Below, in pieces: positions 1 to 13,382 of a stretch of 32,000 nt of DNA. Under the pieces are notes generated by a model that ran no database searches, was not told where the DNA came from, and saw nothing but the letters and a program-made list of their open reading frames with translations. Made by a program: the position numbers and the translations under genes. Each line of letters opens with the position of its first letter. Position 1 is the first letter of the stretch. The stretch is from NCBI RefSeq assembly GCF_000016745.1, contig NC_009483.1, positions 1,260,001 through 1,292,000 on the forward strand. The letters run 5' to 3'. The stretch comes from Geotalea uraniireducens Rf4. Its GTDB lineage: Bacteria; Desulfobacterota; Desulfuromonadia; Geobacterales; Geobacteraceae.

Positions 1-197
1 TCATTCTCAAAGCTGCTGGTGCAAATAAAATCGCAGTTATTAAGGTTGTGCGCGCACTTACCAGCCTTGGCCTTAAAGAGGCGAAAGACCTGGTAGACGG
101 TGCACCTCAGCCGGTTAAATCCGGTGTTTCCAAGGAAGAAGCTGAAGAAGCGAAAAAACAGCTGGCCGAATCAGGTGCAGAAGTGGAAGTTAAATAA
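1..197 (+). CDS. rplL: 50S ribosomal protein L7/L12, C-terminal fragment (5' end outside window)
   Basis: Reading from nt 3 gives [64 protein letters not shown], the canonical L7/L12 C-terminal domain. Stop TAA at 195-197. Sits directly upstream of rpoB as expected. Confidence 0.93.
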   Translation, partial: ILKAAGANKIAVIKVVRALTSLGLKEAKDLVDGAPQPVKSGVSKEEAEEAKKQLAESGAEVEVK

Positions 198-223
198 GTA
201 TTGCAGAGCTGATTTTTGTTCTA

Positions 224-261
224 GCCAAGGTCGCCTCGTGCGGCCTTGGCTGTTCTATTTT
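224..261 (+). terminator. rplL-rpoB intergenic hairpin plus T-rich tail (candidate attenuator or partial terminator)
   Basis: GCCAAGGTCGC (224-234) pairs with GCGGCCTTGGC (240-250), 11 bp including one G-U, with a 5-nt loop CTCGT. It is followed by TGTTCTATTTT. The position matches the known rplL-rpoB attenuator of enterobacteria. Confidence 0.6.
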
Positions 262-356
262 AGTTTAAAGGCCGCTTAAGCCAGCTGTCCTGCGCCAAGA
301 GCAAGCAAGAATTCCACAGGGGTAAGGCCTTTAAGGCATTCACCAAAGGAGAAGAT

Positions 357-3300
357 ATGGCTTATTCAATTGCGAATAACCCACTGTTGCGCAAGAACTT
401 CGCCAAAATCAAGAAGATTATTGAAATTCCAAACCTGATAGACATTCAGAAAAATTCCTATAAAAGATTCCTCCAGCTAGACGTTCCCGCAGAAGCAAGA
501 AAATATTCCGGCCTTGAAGCCGTGTTCAAAAGCGTTTTTCCCATAAAGGATTTTAGCGAAACCGCTTCTCTCGAATATGTTTCGTATTCTCTAGGTATAC
601 CCAAATATGACGTTGAAGAATGTCATCAGAGGGGTATGACATTTGCCGCGCCGATGAAGGTTAAGGTTCGGCTTGTCGTCTGGGACGTGAACAAGGAGCC
701 CAGTACCCGCTCCATTCGTGACATTAAGGAGCAGGAAGTATATTTTGGCGAAATCCCGCTCATGACTGAGAACGGGACCTTTATCATCAACGGTACTGAA
801 CGTGTTATTGTCAGTCAGTTGCATCGTTCACCGGGGGTATTTTACGATCACGATAAAGGTAAAACCCATTCCAGCGGCAAAGTGCTTTACTCCGCCAGAG
901 TAATCCCTTATCGGGGCTCGTGGTTGGATTTTGAATTTGATCATAAAGATATTCTTTATGTGCGTATAGACCGGCGGCGCAAGATGCCCGCGACGGTGTT
1001 GCTGAAGGCACTCGGCTATTCAACGGATAAGCTGCTCAACTTTTTCTACAAGAGTGAGGAGATATTCTTCGAAGGCGACAAGTTGATGAAGATCGCCGAT
1101 CCGGAACTTCTGACAAACCAGAAGGCGGTCGTCGATATTGTCGATCCGAATACTGGCGAGGTTCTCGTCAAGGCCAATAGAAAATTCACCAAGGCAGCTA
1201 TCAGAAAGATGGCTGAGCATGGTATCAAATATATTCCTATTACCATTGAAGAAGTTCTGGGCAAGGTTGCTTCGCACGATATTGTAGACCCTGCAACCGG
1301 CGAGGTGCTTGCCGAATGTAATGAAGAACTCACTCAGGTAAAGATCGATGAAATTAAAGGGCGAGGCATCGCTACCTTTAAGGTGCTTTTTATCGACAAT
1401 CTGCACGTAACCTCTTCGCTGCGCGATACGATTCTTATTGATAAAATCGGTTCCACAGACGATGCTCTCATAGAAATTTATCGAAGGCTCCGCCCCGGCG
1501 ATCCGCCTACCCTGAAGAGTGCGCTGGCGTTGTTTGAAAATCTTTTCTTTAATCCCGAGCGATACGACCTGTCAGCAGTCGGCCGGCTCAAACTGAATTA
1601 CAAGCTTGGTTTGCAGATACCATTGGACTGCATGACCCTTACCAGGGAAGATGTCCTGGAAGTGGTCCGTTATCTGATCGATCTGAAAAACGGCAAGGGA
1701 AGCATCGACGACATCGACCATCTCGGCAATCGCCGTGTGCGGGCTGTCGGCGAACTGCTGGAGAACCAGTACCGTATCGGTCTGGTGCGGATGGAGCGGG
1801 CTATCAAGGAGAGGATGAGCTTGCAGGAGGTTGAAAACCTCATGCCGCACGATCTTATCAATTCCAAACCCGTCTCTGCGGTGGTGAAAGAGTTCTTCGG
1901 TTCTTCACAACTTTCACAGTTTATGGACCAGACTAACCCCCTGTCAGAGGTTACACACAAGCGCCGTCTTTCTGCACTGGGACCTGGCGGCTTGACACGT
2001 GAGCGCGCCGGTTTCGAGGTGCGTGACGTTCATCCGACACATTACGGCCGTGTCTGCCCGATTGAAACTCCTGAAGGACCGAATATCGGTTTGATAGCAT
2101 CTCTTTCCACCTATGCCCGGATTAACGAGCACGGTTTTGTCGAAACGCCATACCGTCTGGTTAAAGAAGGGAAAGTTACCACGGAAGTCCGGTTTTTTTC
2201 TGCGCTGGAGGAAGAAGGGCACGCTATCGCCCAGGCCAATGCCGAAGTTGATAGTGATGGACGTTTTGTCGCTGACTACATTTCTGCCCGCAAAAGCGGA
2301 GAATTTGTTCTGGTCGGCAGGGATGAACTGGAGTTGATGGACGTTGCACCTATGCAGCTGGTTTCGGTTGCCGCCTCCCTGATCCCGTTTCTGGAAAACG
2401 ACGACGCAAACCGCGCGCTCATGGGCTCCAACATGCAACGTCAGGCCGTGCCTCTGCTCAGGGCGGATTCGCCGCTGGTCGGCACCGGTATGGAGCGGGT
2501 CGTAGCAAGGGATTCCGGTGTGTCCGTAGTTGCCAGGCATAATGGCGTGGTTGAATCGGTAGACGCCTCGCGTATCGTCGTTAAGATCGATGAGGACGAA
2601 TACGACGAAACTGGTACCGGTGTCGATATTTACAACCTGATCAAGTTTGCCCGTTCCAATCAGAATACCTGCATCAACCAACGACCTGTTGTTAAGATTG
2701 GCGACCATGTCAAGCGCAGCGACGTAATAGCTGATGGTCCTTCCACAGATATGGGCGAGCTGGCACTTGGTCAGAATGTGCTCGTTGCCTTCATGCCTTG
2801 GGGGGGCTACAACTTCGAGGACTCCATTCTTATCTCCGAAAGGCTGGTTAAGGATGACCGTTACACCTCCATTCATATAGAAGAGTTTGAATGTGTGGCA
2901 CGCGATACCAAGCTGGGAAAAGAAGAAATAACGGCCGATATCCCCAACCTGGGTGAAGAAACCCTGAAGGACTTGGACGAATCAGGCATCATCCGTATCG
3001 GTGCCGAAGTAAGGCCAGGTGATATTCTGATTGGAAAGATCACCCCGAAAGGAGAAACCCAACTTTCTCCTGAGGAAAAACTGTTGCGTGCCATCTTTGG
3101 CGAAAAAGCTGGTGATGTACGTGATACGTCCCTGCGGGTACCGCCCGGTGTTGAGGGGACGGTGATCGGCGCCAAGATATTCTCGCGCAAAGGTGCGGAT
3201 AAGGATGCCCGTACCGAGCTTATTGAGAAGGCTGAGGAACAGAAGCTGCGCAAGGATGAGCAGGACGAGATTCGCATTATCCGTGAATCTGCCGTCGGCA

Positions 3301-4469
3301 AACTGAAAAAACTGCTCGTGGGTAAAACTGCGGCAGTTAAGTTCGAAGGTAAAGACGGCAAGGTCCTTATCGTCAAAGGGAAGGCAATCACCGAAGAGGC
3401 ATTGCTTTCGGTCCCCGTTGACCGTTGGGACGAAATTTCCATTGCCGACGATGATACCGTAGATGAGAAGGTAGCGCAAATACTGGGAACCCTGAACCAG
3501 CAGATCGACATAATTAAATATGTTTTTGACGATAAGATTCAGAAGTTAAAGCGTGGCGACGATCTTCCTCCTGGTGTCATCAAGATGGTGAAGGTTTATA
3601 TCGCCATCAAACGCAAATTACAGGTTGGTGATAAGATGGCCGGCCGACACGGGAACAAGGGGGTTGTCTCCCGCATCCTGCCGGAAGAGGACATGCCTTA
3701 CCTGGAAGACGGCAGGCCGGTGGAGATAGTATTGAACCCACTTGGTGTTCCTTCCCGTATGAACGTTGGTCAGATCCTCGAGACGCATCTAGGTTGGGCG
3801 GCCAAGGGGATCGGCTGGCAGATAGAGGACATGCTGGAGAAGAACTCTCCACAGAACCAGATAAAGACCTATCTAAAAGAGGTGTATGGCAACAAGGAAA
3901 TGAACAAGTTCCTTGATTCCCTCGAAGAAGAAGAATTGAACAACGTCGCCAAACGCCTTAAGCGTGGTGTCCCTATGGCGTCACCTGTTTTTGAAGGGGC
4001 ATCTGAACAAGGCATTCAGGAGATGCTCGGCAAGGCCGGCTTTGAGTATACCGGTCAGGTCACTCTTTATGACGGCAAGTCCGGTGTAGCGTTCAAACAC
4101 AAGGTTACAGTCGGCATTATGTATGTGTTGAAACTGCATCACCTGGTTGATGATAAAATCCATGCCCGTTCTATCGGGCCTTACAGCCTGGTTACCCAAC
4201 AGCCGCTGGGTGGCAAGGCGCAGTTCGGTGGTCAGCGTTTAGGTGAGATGGAGGTCTGGGCCATGGAAGCTTATGGCGCGGCTTATGCCCTCCAGGAGTT
4301 CCTCACCGTTAAGTCCGATGACGTGGCGGGCCGCACCAGGATGTACGAGGCCATTGTGAAAGGAAAACACACCCTTGAGCCTGGTCTCCCCGAATCGTTC
4401 AACGTACTGATTAAGGAGCTGCAGTCCCTGGGGCTGGATGTAGAACTTTTGGAAAACGAGGAAGAGTAA
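357..4469 (+). CDS. rpoB: DNA-directed RNA polymerase subunit beta
   Basis: 1370-aa ORF with hallmark motifs: [25 protein letters not shown] (Rif cluster I), [10 protein letters not shown], and [12 protein letters not shown] near the C-terminal third. SD AAGGAG at 346-351 and ATG at 357. Confidence 0.99.
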
Positions 4470-4478
4470 TCTGGGCTG

Positions 4479-4507
4479 CGCTGCAGTAGTTTAAACACAC
4501 TGCAGCG
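4479..4507 (+). other. rpoB-rpoC intercistronic stem-loop (9-bp perfect stem, 11-nt loop)
   Basis: CGCTGCAGT (4479-4487) pairs with ACTGCAGCG (4499-4507), loop AGTTTAAACAC. No U-tract follows directly, so this is not a canonical intrinsic terminator. Confidence 0.4.
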
Positions 4508-4566
4508 TCCCATACTCATAAACACTATCTGTTTTTATAACTCCTAAAAACAAGGAGGAATATATT

Positions 4567-7500
4567 TTGGAAGATATCTTTAATTTCTTTGATAAACCGA
4601 AGGATCCGTTGCATTTTTCAGCCATAAGAATCTCCGTTTCGTCGCCGGAAAAGATCCGGGAGCGTTCCTTTGGAGAGGTGAAAAAGCCGGAAACTATCAA
4701 CTATCGGACGTTTAAGCCGGAACGGGATGGACTTTTCTGTGCAAAAATATTCGGTCCGACCAAGGATTACGAGTGCAACTGCGGTAAATACAAGCGGATG
4801 AAGCATCGCGGTATCGTCTGCGAAAAGTGCGGTGTGGAAGTCATCCCTTCGAAGGTCCGGCGCGAGAGACTCGGCCATATTGATTTGGCAACGCCTGTGG
4901 CCCACATCTGGTTCCTTAAGTCGCTCCCTTCGCGGATCGGGAACCTGATGGACATTACCCTCAAGGATCTTGAAAAGGTTCTTTATTTCGAGGCCTATGT
5001 AGTTACTGATCCGAAGAATACCGGCATGCCGTTTGCGCAGGTTTTTTCGGAAGACCAATACCAGAAGGCGCTGGAGGAGTATGGCGGCCAATTCGAAGCC
5101 GGAATGGGTGCTGCTGCCATAAGGGAATGCCTCAAGTCCATGGACTTGGATGTCATTGCCGATCAGCTTCGCGTGGAAATGCTCGAGGCTACCAGCGAAG
5201 CCAAACGGAAAAAAACCGCCAAGCGCTTAAAAGTGGTTGAGGCGTTCAAGTCTTCCGGCAACAAGCCGGAGTGGATGATTCTGGAGTGCATCCCCGTGCT
5301 GCCTCCCGAACTTCGCCCCCTTGTTCCTCTCGATGGCGGCCGCTTTGCAACTTCAGACCTCAATGACCTCTATCGTCGGGTAATCAACCGTAACAATCGC
5401 TTGAAACGGCTCATGGAGCTACAGGCACCTGAGGTTATTATCCGCAATGAGAAGCGTATGCTTCAAGAGGCGGTTGACGCCCTCTTTGACAATGGTCGTC
5501 GCGGCCGTGCCATCGCAGGTCCCAACAAACGTCCGCTCAAGTCTCTTTCGGATATGCTCAAGGGGAAATCCGGCCGCTTCCGTCAGAACCTTCTTGGTAA
5601 ACGTGTTGATTACTCCGGTCGTTCGGTTATTGTTGTCGGCCCGGAATTGCGGCTGCACCAGTGCGGTCTGCCGAAAAAGATGGCGCTTGAGCTCTTCAAG
5701 CCGTTCATTTACAACAAGCTCGAGGAAAAAGGCTATGTAACCACCATCAAGAGCGCCAAGAAAATGGTGGAAAAGGAACGGCCGGAAGTATGGGACGTCC
5801 TTGAAGAGGTGATAAAAGAACATCCGGTCATGTTGAACCGTGCGCCGACCCTTCACCGCCTTGGCATACAGGCCTTTGAACCGGTATTGATCGAAGGTAA
5901 GGCGATCCAGTTGCATCCGCTGGTATGTACTGCTTTTAATGCGGACTTTGACGGTGACCAGATGGCTGTGCACCTGCCGCTGTCAGTCGAAAGTCAGGTT
6001 GAGACACGCGTTCTCATGATGAGTACCAACAATATCCTCTCACCTGCCCACGGCAAACCGATTATTGTGCCGTCGCAGGATATGGTCCTTGGTATTTATT
6101 ACATGACCAGGGATAAGTATTTCGCCAAGGGAGACGGGAAGATCTTTGCTTCACAGGAAGAAGTGAGAATTGCCCTCGATGCGGATGAAGTTGATTTGCA
6201 AGCTCGCGTCAAGGTTCGCTTGAAGAATCTTGTTACGGACGATAAGCCGTTGATCGTGGAGACTACCCCTGGTCGTGTGGTTCTCAGGGAAATATTGCCT
6301 GACGCCGTTCCGTTTGCCACCATCAACAAGGTAATGACCAAGAAGGAACTCTCCAACCTTGTAGACGTCTGCTACCGTCTAGCCGGCAACAAGGAGACCG
6401 TTATCCTGGCTGACAAACTGAAATCTATCGGCTTCCGTTATTCTACCATTGCCGGTATCTCTATCAGTATCAATGACATGGTCATCCCTGAGGGAAAACC
6501 TGCAATCATTGGTCGCGCTTCTGAAGAGGTTAAAGAGATTCAGAATCAGTACACCGAGGGTCTCATAACCGACGGCGAACGCTATAACAAGGTTATCGAT
6601 ATCTGGGCAAAATCAACGGAAGAAATTGCCAAAGAGATGCTCGACAACCTTTCGCGAGACATCGTTGTTGCTCCTGACGGTAAAGAAGTCAAGGTTCCTT
6701 CATTCAACGCCATTCATATGATGGCAGACTCGGGTTCCAGGGGTTCTGCACAGCAGATTCGCCAGTTGGCCGGGATGAGGGGGCTCATGGCCAAGCCTTC
6801 CGGCGAGATCATTGAAACCCCGATTACCGCCAACTTCCGTGAGGGGTTGACAGTGCTTCAGTACTTCATTTCAACTCACGGTGCCCGCAAGGGTCTCGCC
6901 GATACCGCACTTAAGACGGCCAACTCCGGTTATCTGACCAGAAGGCTGGTTGACGTTGCTCAGGACGCAATTATTACTGAGACTGACTGTGGTACCCTTG
7001 ACGGCTTGACGGTTTCCTCATTGACAGAAGGTGGTGAAGTTATCGAGCATATTGGCGATAGGATTCTCGGTCGTGTTGCGTTGGATGACATCCTCGATCC
7101 TGTTACCGGAGATGTTCTTGTGCCGGCAAATGAAGAGATCGATGAAACGCTGGTACAAAAAATTGAATCAGCCGGCTTGGAAAAAGTCAAAATCCGTTCC
7201 GTGCTCACCTGCCAAAGCAGGCGGGGGATCTGCGCCAAGTGCTACGGGCGTGACCTTGCACGGGGGCACCTGGTCAATATGGGCGAGGCGGTTGGCGTTA
7301 TTGCAGCCCAATCCATCGGCGAACCTGGTACCCAGTTGACTATGCGGACCTTCCACATAGGTGGTACTGCATCGAGACGTGCTGAACAGACCTCTTTGGA
7401 AGCGCGTAACGAAGGCTCTATCAAGTTTATAAATATTAATTATGTTACAAATTCCGAGGGTCATCACATCGTTATGAACCGTAACGGTGAACTTGCCATC

Positions 7501-8700
7501 ATAGATGAAACCGGCCGCGAGCGGGAAAAGTACGCCATCGTCTACGGGGCCAAAATCAAGGTTAGTCCAACTAAGTTAATTAAGCAGGGTGAAGCCTTGG
7601 CTGAGTGGGACCCTTACACCATGCCGATCCTGACCGAGATCGCCGGTAAGGTGAAGTTCGGGGACATCCTCGAAGGTGTCACCATGGAGGAACAGGTAGA
7701 CGAAGTAACCGGCCTTTCGCGTAAGGTTGTTGTTGAGTCGCGCGATGCCGATAAACGGCCGCGCATTACCATCAAGGATGAAACCGGGAAGACCGCAAAA
7801 ATCCATGAAGGTACAATGGGGCGCTACTATCTTCCCGTTGGTGCAAACATTACGGTGCAGGAAGATTCGATCGTCAATGCAGGTGACGTAATTGCCAAGA
7901 TCCCTCGCGAGACTACCAAGACAAAGGATATCACGGGTGGTCTGCCCAGGGTTGCGGAACTCTTCGAAGCAAGAAAGCCGAAGGATTTTGCGGTTATATC
8001 TGAAATCGACGGGGTTGTTACGTTTGGTAAGGACGCTAAAGGCAAGCGCAAGGTCATTGTAACCCCGGATATGGGCGAACCCAAGGAATACCTGATCCCC
8101 AAAGGCAAGCACATAAGTGTCCACGAAGGGGATCATGTGCGGGCCGGTGAGGCCCTCATGGACGGATCTTCAAATCCGCATGATATCCTGAGGGTCCTCG
8201 GTCAGAAGGAATTGGCCAAATACCTTGTGGATGAAGTTCAAGAGGTCTATCGGCTCCAGGGGGTCAAGATCAATGATAAGCATATTGAGACCATTGTCAG
8301 GCAGATGTTGAGACGTGTACGGATTAAGGAGGTCGGCGATACGACGTTGCTGATCGATGACCAACTGGAACGCTATATCTTTGAAGACGAGAATGAAAGG
8401 GTACTCGATAAAGGCGGTAGACCAGCCATTGCTGAGCCTCTTCTCCTTGGCATAACAAAGGCATCGCTTTCGACGGAGTCATTTATTTCGGCAGCATCCT
8501 TCCAGGAGACAACAAAGGTCTTGACACAGGCTTCAATAGAAGGTAAAGTTGACAGTCTTCGCGGTCTCAAGGAGAACGTGATCATGGGGCGGCTCATTCC
8601 TGCCGGGACTGGCTTGGCGCGTTATCGTAATCTCAAGCTTGTTGTAGAGGATTCCGGTGGTGTGTCGCCGCAGCCGGTTGAGGAAGTTTCGGCTGGTTAG
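4567..8700 (+). CDS. rpoC: DNA-directed RNA polymerase subunit beta'
   Basis: 1377-aa ORF with the Zn-binding [23 protein letters not shown], the catalytic [12 protein letters not shown], and [19 protein letters not shown] start at 4567 with AGGAGG at 4553-4558. There is no in-frame ATG between the upstream stop (4519) and the conserved [15 protein letters not shown] block. Confidence 0.98.
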   Translation: MEDIFNFFDKPKDPLHFSAIRISVSSPEKIRERSFGEVKKPETINYRTFKPERDGLFCAKIFGPTKDYECNCGKYKRMKHRGIVCEKCGVEVIPSKVRRERLGHIDLATPVAHIWFLKSLPSRIGNLMDITLKDLEKVLYFEAYVVTDPKNTGMPFAQVFSEDQYQKALEEYGGQFEAGMGAAAIRECLKSMDLDVIADQLRVEMLEATSEAKRKKTAKRLKVVEAFKSSGNKPEWMILECIPVLPPELRPLVPLDGGRFATSDLNDLYRRVINRNNRLKRLMELQAPEVIIRNEKRMLQEAVDALFDNGRRGRAIAGPNKRPLKSLSDMLKGKSGRFRQNLLGKRVDYSGRSVIVVGPELRLHQCGLPKKMALELFKPFIYNKLEEKGYVTTIKSAKKMVEKERPEVWDVLEEVIKEHPVMLNRAPTLHRLGIQAFEPVLIEGKAIQLHPLVCTAFNADFDGDQMAVHLPLSVESQVETRVLMMSTNNILSPAHGKPIIVPSQDMVLGIYYMTRDKYFAKGDGKIFASQEEVRIALDADEVDLQARVKVRLKNLVTDDKPLIVETTPGRVVLREILPDAVPFATINKVMTKKELSNLVDVCYRLAGNKETVILADKLKSIGFRYSTIAGISISINDMVIPEGKPAIIGRASEEVKEIQNQYTEGLITDGERYNKVIDIWAKSTEEIAKEMLDNLSRDIVVAPDGKEVKVPSFNAIHMMADSGSRGSAQQIRQLAGMRGLMAKPSGEIIETPITANFREGLTVLQYFISTHGARKGLADTALKTANSGYLTRRLVDVAQDAIITETDCGTLDGLTVSSLTEGGEVIEHIGDRILGRVALDDILDPVTGDVLVPANEEIDETLVQKIESAGLEKVKIRSVLTCQSRRGICAKCYGRDLARGHLVNMGEAVGVIAAQSIGEPGTQLTMRTFHIGGTASRRAEQTSLEARNEGSIKFININYVTNSEGHHIVMNRNGELAIIDETGREREKYAIVYGAKIKVSPTKLIKQGEALAEWDPYTMPILTEIAGKVKFGDILEGVTMEEQVDEVTGLSRKVVVESRDADKRPRITIKDETGKTAKIHEGTMGRYYLPVGANITVQEDSIVNAGDVIAKIPRETTKTKDITGGLPRVAELFEARKPKDFAVISEIDGVVTFGKDAKGKRKVIVTPDMGEPKEYLIPKGKHISVHEGDHVRAGEALMDGSSNPHDILRVLGQKELAKYLVDEVQEVYRLQGVKINDKHIETIVRQMLRRVRIKEVGDTTLLIDDQLERYIFEDENERVLDKGGRPAIAEPLLLGITKASLSTESFISAASFQETTKVLTQASIEGKVDSLRGLKENVIMGRLIPAGTGLARYRNLKLVVEDSGGVSPQPVEEVSAG

Positions 8701-8720
8701 GGTGCGAATTAAAGTTAGGC

Positions 8721-8776
8721 TTTTTTTGAATAATAATCAAAAAAAACTTGACAAGCAGAGGTTAAGTTGATATTTT
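8721..8776 (+). promoter_or_regulatory. Candidate sigma70-type promoter of the str/r-protein array, with an A/T-rich UP-like element
   Basis: TTGACA (8748-8753), a 17-bp spacer, then TATTTT (8771-8776) preceded by TGa, an extended -10. An A/T palindrome TTTTTTTGA-ATAATAA-TCAAAAAAA (8721-8745) sits where an UP element would. The whole site lies in the 129-nt gap between rpoC and rpsL. Confidence 0.55.
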
Positions 8777-8829
8777 CATCGCTTCCGCAGGGGGACCCCT
8801 GTGCATGAAGTTTGTACGAGAGGTAGTGT

Positions 8830-9201
8830 ATGCCAACCATTAATCAGTTGATCCGTATCGGCAGGGAGAGTAAGAAGGATAAGTCCACTGCCCCTGCTTT
8901 GAAGTGTTGCCCGCAAAAAAGAGGTGTGTGTACGAGGGTGTACACGACGACACCGAAAAAGCCGAACTCTGCGCTCCGTAAAGTCGCCAGGGTCCGCCTT
9001 ACGAATGGCGTCGAGGTGACATCGTATATTCCCGGTGTTGGACATAATCTCCAGGAGCACTCAGTCGTTCTGATTAGGGGCGGAAGGGTTAAGGACTTGC
9101 CGGGTGTCAGGTATCATATTGTGCGTGGAACACTTGACTCGGTTGGGGTGAAGGATCGTAAGAAGAGCCGTTCCAAGTATGGTGCGAAAAGACCCAAGTA
9201 A
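8830..9201 (+). CDS. rpsL: 30S ribosomal protein S12
   Basis: MPTINQLIR...[11 protein letters not shown]...[18 protein letters not shown], 123 aa, the canonical S12 sequence. Confidence 0.99.
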   Translation: MPTINQLIRIGRESKKDKSTAPALKCCPQKRGVCTRVYTTTPKKPNSALRKVARVRLTNGVEVTSYIPGVGHNLQEHSVVLIRGGRVKDLPGVRYHIVRGTLDSVGVKDRKKSRSKYGAKRPK

Positions 9202-9223
9202 ACGTTTAACGTGAGAGGTTGAT

Positions 9224-9694
9224 ATGCCTAGAAGAAGAGAAGTAGCTAAAAGAGTTATATTGCCTGATCCGAAGTATGGAGACCGGGTTGTTGCGAAGCT
9301 GGTTAATATAATTATGCTCGATGGCAAGAAAAGTACTGCTGAAAAAGCTCTGTACGGTGCTCTGGAGTTGGCTAGTGAGAAGGTGAATGAGGATCCTGTA
9401 AAGATCCTGAAAAAGAGCCTGGATAATATCAAGCCTATGCTTGAGGTTAAATCCAGGAGGGTTGGTGGCTCTACTTATCAGGTTCCCGTTGAGGTGAGAG
9501 CGGAGCGTCGGGTTTCTTTGGCGATGCGCTGGCTTGTGAAGTATGCAAATGACCGCTCAGAGAAGACTGTGACTGATAAGCTGGCGGGTGAGATTCTGGA
9601 TGCGTATAATAATCGCGGGGCGGCGGTCAAGAAGCGTGAAGATACTCACAAGATGGCCGAGGCCAACAGGGCTTTTGCTCACTACCGTTGGTAG
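9224..9694 (+). CDS. rpsG: 30S ribosomal protein S7
   Basis: [20 protein letters not shown]...AFAHYRW, 156 aa. Gene order is rpsL-rpsG-fusA. Confidence 0.99.
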   Translation: MPRRREVAKRVILPDPKYGDRVVAKLVNIIMLDGKKSTAEKALYGALELASEKVNEDPVKILKKSLDNIKPMLEVKSRRVGGSTYQVPVEVRAERRVSLAMRWLVKYANDRSEKTVTDKLAGEILDAYNNRGAAVKKREDTHKMAEANRAFAHYRW

Positions 9695-9726
9695 TTTTAT
9701 ATAGATTGGTTTTTTGGGGGTTTTGA

Positions 9727-11805
9727 GTGGCACGTTTAGTATCGTTGGCAAAAACACGTAACATTGGGATAATGGCGCACATCGATGCGGGTAAGACGAC
9801 TACAACAGAGCGTATACTTTACTATACCGGTGTTTCTCATAAAATTGGCGAGGTTCATGATGGGGCTGCCACCATGGACTGGATGGAGCAGGAGCAGGAG
9901 CGTGGTATTACTATCACGTCTGCTGCCACAACTTGTCACTGGCGTGATAATCGGATAAACATCATCGATACTCCGGGCCACGTTGACTTTACCATTGAAG
10001 TGGAACGCTCATTGCGCGTACTCGACGGTGCGGTCGCTGTATTCTGTTCCGTTGGTGGAGTTGAGCCGCAGTCTGAAACTGTGTGGCGTCAGGCCGATAA
10101 GTATAGCGTGCCGCGTATCGCTTTCATCAATAAAATGGACCGAGTTGGTGCAGATTTTTTCCGTGGCGTATCTATGATAAAGGATCGTCTGAAAGCGAAT
10201 CCTTTGCCTATTCAGCTTCCAGTCGGCAAAGAGGATACTTTTAAGGGTATTATAGATCTGGTCGAAATGAAGGCGGTTATCTGGGATGAAGAGTCACTTG
10301 GCGCGACATTTCAAGTGACGGAAATTCCAGCTGCAGATCTGGAGTTGGCGCAAGAGTATCGTGAGAAAATGATTGAGGAGCTGTCGAGCCACGATGACGT
10401 ACTGATGGAGAAGTACATCGGCGGTGAGGAGCTTACTAACGAAGAAATAAAGGCTGCTATACGAAAATCGACTATCTCCATTCAGATATGTCCTGTTATA
10501 TGTGGTTCTGCTTTTAAAAATAAGGGCGTACAGAATCTTTTGGATGCCGTTATTGACTATATGCCGGCTCCGACTGACATTCCTGCCATTAAGGGTATAG
10601 ATGCAAATACCGAAGCGGAGATTGAACGTAATGCCTCGGATGATGAGCCATTTTCTGCTCTGGCTTTCAAAATTATGACTGATCCGTTTGTTGGGCAGCT
10701 TTGCTTCTTTAGGGTTTATTCCGGTGTGCTTAATTCCGGGTCTTATGTATATAATGCGACCAAGGGTAAAAGAGAGCGTATTGGCCGAATTCTAAAAATG
10801 CACGCCAATAAGCGGGAAGAGATAAAAGAAGTATATGCTGGTGATATTGCGGCAGCTGTAGGCTTGAAATATACAACTACTGGTGACACCCTGTGCGAAG
10901 AAGAAAAGCCGGTGATACTTGAATCGATCGAGTTTCCTGAGCCGGTCATATCGATTGCCATTGAACCAAAAACAAAGGCTGACCAAGAGAAGCTAGGCTT
11001 GAGTTTGCAGAAATTGGCAACGGAAGACCCTTCGTTCCGTGTCAAGACTGATGAGGAGACGGGCCAGACCATCATATCCGGTATGGGTGAGCTTCATCTT
11101 GAAATTATTGTCGACCGACTCATGCGTGAGTTCAAGGTCGAGGCTAATGTCGGTAAACCGCAAGTTGCCTACCGTGAGACGATCACGAAGAAAGTCAAGG
11201 CTGAAGGCAAATTCGTTCGTCAATCAGGTGGCCGTGGTCAGTATGGTCACGTATGGCTTGAGCTTGAGCCCCAAGAGCCCGGCAAGGGTTATGAGTTTGT
11301 CGATGCTATCAAGGGTGGTGTTGTCCCCCGCGAGTATATATCGTCAGTAGACAAGGGAATACAGGAAGCCATGGATACCGGTGTGCTTGCAGGTTTCCCG
11401 GTAGTGGATTTCAAGGTTGCACTCGTAGACGGTTCTTATCATGAGGTAGACTCATCAGAGATGGCGTTTAAAATTGCCGGTTCGATGGGTTTTAAAGAAG
11501 GTTGTGCCAAAGCAGGACCCGTTCTGCTAGAACCGATAATGGCTGTAGAGGTTGTAGTGCCGGAAGATTATATGGGTGATGTTATCGGTGATTTAAACTC
11601 ACGTCGTGGTCGTATTATGGGGATGGAATCGCGCGCTGGTGCCCAGGTTGTTAACTCTATGGTGCCACTTGCGCAAATGTTTGGCTATTCAACCGATCTC
11701 CGTTCAGCGACTCAAGGTCGTGCAACATATAGCATGACGTTTGATCACTATGAGCAAGTGCCGAAGTCAGTGGCCGAAGAGATAGTTGCAAAGGTAAAGG
11801 GCTAA
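9727..11805 (+). CDS. fusA: Elongation factor G
   Basis: 692 aa with the G1 motif AHIDAGKTT, plus DTPGHVDF and NKMD. GTG start at 9727 gives the canonical MAR...[16 protein letters not shown]-terminus. Confidence 0.98.
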   Translation: MARLVSLAKTRNIGIMAHIDAGKTTTTERILYYTGVSHKIGEVHDGAATMDWMEQEQERGITITSAATTCHWRDNRINIIDTPGHVDFTIEVERSLRVLDGAVAVFCSVGGVEPQSETVWRQADKYSVPRIAFINKMDRVGADFFRGVSMIKDRLKANPLPIQLPVGKEDTFKGIIDLVEMKAVIWDEESLGATFQVTEIPAADLELAQEYREKMIEELSSHDDVLMEKYIGGEELTNEEIKAAIRKSTISIQICPVICGSAFKNKGVQNLLDAVIDYMPAPTDIPAIKGIDANTEAEIERNASDDEPFSALAFKIMTDPFVGQLCFFRVYSGVLNSGSYVYNATKGKRERIGRILKMHANKREEIKEVYAGDIAAAVGLKYTTTGDTLCEEEKPVILESIEFPEPVISIAIEPKTKADQEKLGLSLQKLATEDPSFRVKTDEETGQTIISGMGELHLEIIVDRLMREFKVEANVGKPQVAYRETITKKVKAEGKFVRQSGGRGQYGHVWLELEPQEPGKGYEFVDAIKGGVVPREYISSVDKGIQEAMDTGVLAGFPVVDFKVALVDGSYHEVDSSEMAFKIAGSMGFKEGCAKAGPVLLEPIMAVEVVVPEDYMGDVIGDLNSRRGRIMGMESRAGAQVVNSMVPLAQMFGYSTDLRSATQGRATYSMTFDHYEQVPKSVAEEIVAKVKG

Positions 11806-11834
11806 ACAATTCCTATATAGGGGGGATTCCTTAA

Positions 11835-13025
<1,191 letters not shown>

Positions 13026-13043
13026 AGTAAAGATGAGGGTACA

Positions 13044-13352
13044 ATGCCAAGTCAGAAGATAAGAATTCGCTTAAAAGCATACGATCATAAACTGCTCGAT
13101 CAGTCAGTAGGTGAGATCGTAGACACGGCCAAGAGGACTGGTGCGAGAGTAGCTGGTCCCATACCTCTACCGACCGTAATAAATAAGTATTGTGTTCTGC
13201 GTGGACCGCATGTGGACAAGAAGTCGCGTGAACAGTTCGAGATCAGAACCCATAAGAGGCTAATTGATATCCTTGATCCTACCCAGCAGACTGTTGATGC
13301 GCTGATGAAGCTTGATCTTTCGGCTGGTGTGGATGTGGAAATTAAGCTTTAA
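13044..13352 (+). CDS. rpsJ: 30S ribosomal protein S10
   Basis: 102 aa, [21 protein letters not shown]... First gene of the S10 block. Confidence 0.99.
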   Translation: MPSQKIRIRLKAYDHKLLDQSVGEIVDTAKRTGARVAGPIPLPTVINKYCVLRGPHVDKKSREQFEIRTHKRLIDILDPTQQTVDALMKLDLSAGVDVEIKL

Positions 13353-13382
13353 TTGAGAATTTAAGGATGGGGATAATCAACC

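Noticed and set aside
265-334. Long-range 9-bp inverted repeat TTAAAGGCC (265-273) / GGCCTTTAA (326-334) in the rpoB leader. It could be a processing stem.
   Set aside because: It is short and half A/T, and a match of this size is plausible by chance in a 160-nt spacer. Nothing can be said without covariation data.
1944-2876. 310-aa ORF on the minus strand inside rpoB. Similar long antisense ORFs occur at 2873-3511, 5419-5973 and 7576-8136 inside rpoB and rpoC.
   Set aside because: They lie fully antisense to strongly conserved coding sequence. Their translations are low-complexity or Cys/Arg/Ser-rich with no recognisable motifs and no SD or promoter context. These are typical shadow ORFs.
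8805-8843. 12-codon upstream ORF ([12 protein letters not shown]) overlapping the rpsL start out of frame. A small hairpin at 8786-8803 lies in the rpsL leader.
   Set aside because: There is no convincing SD, the peptide has no features, and the hairpin has only 5-7 bp. Both are compatible with chance.
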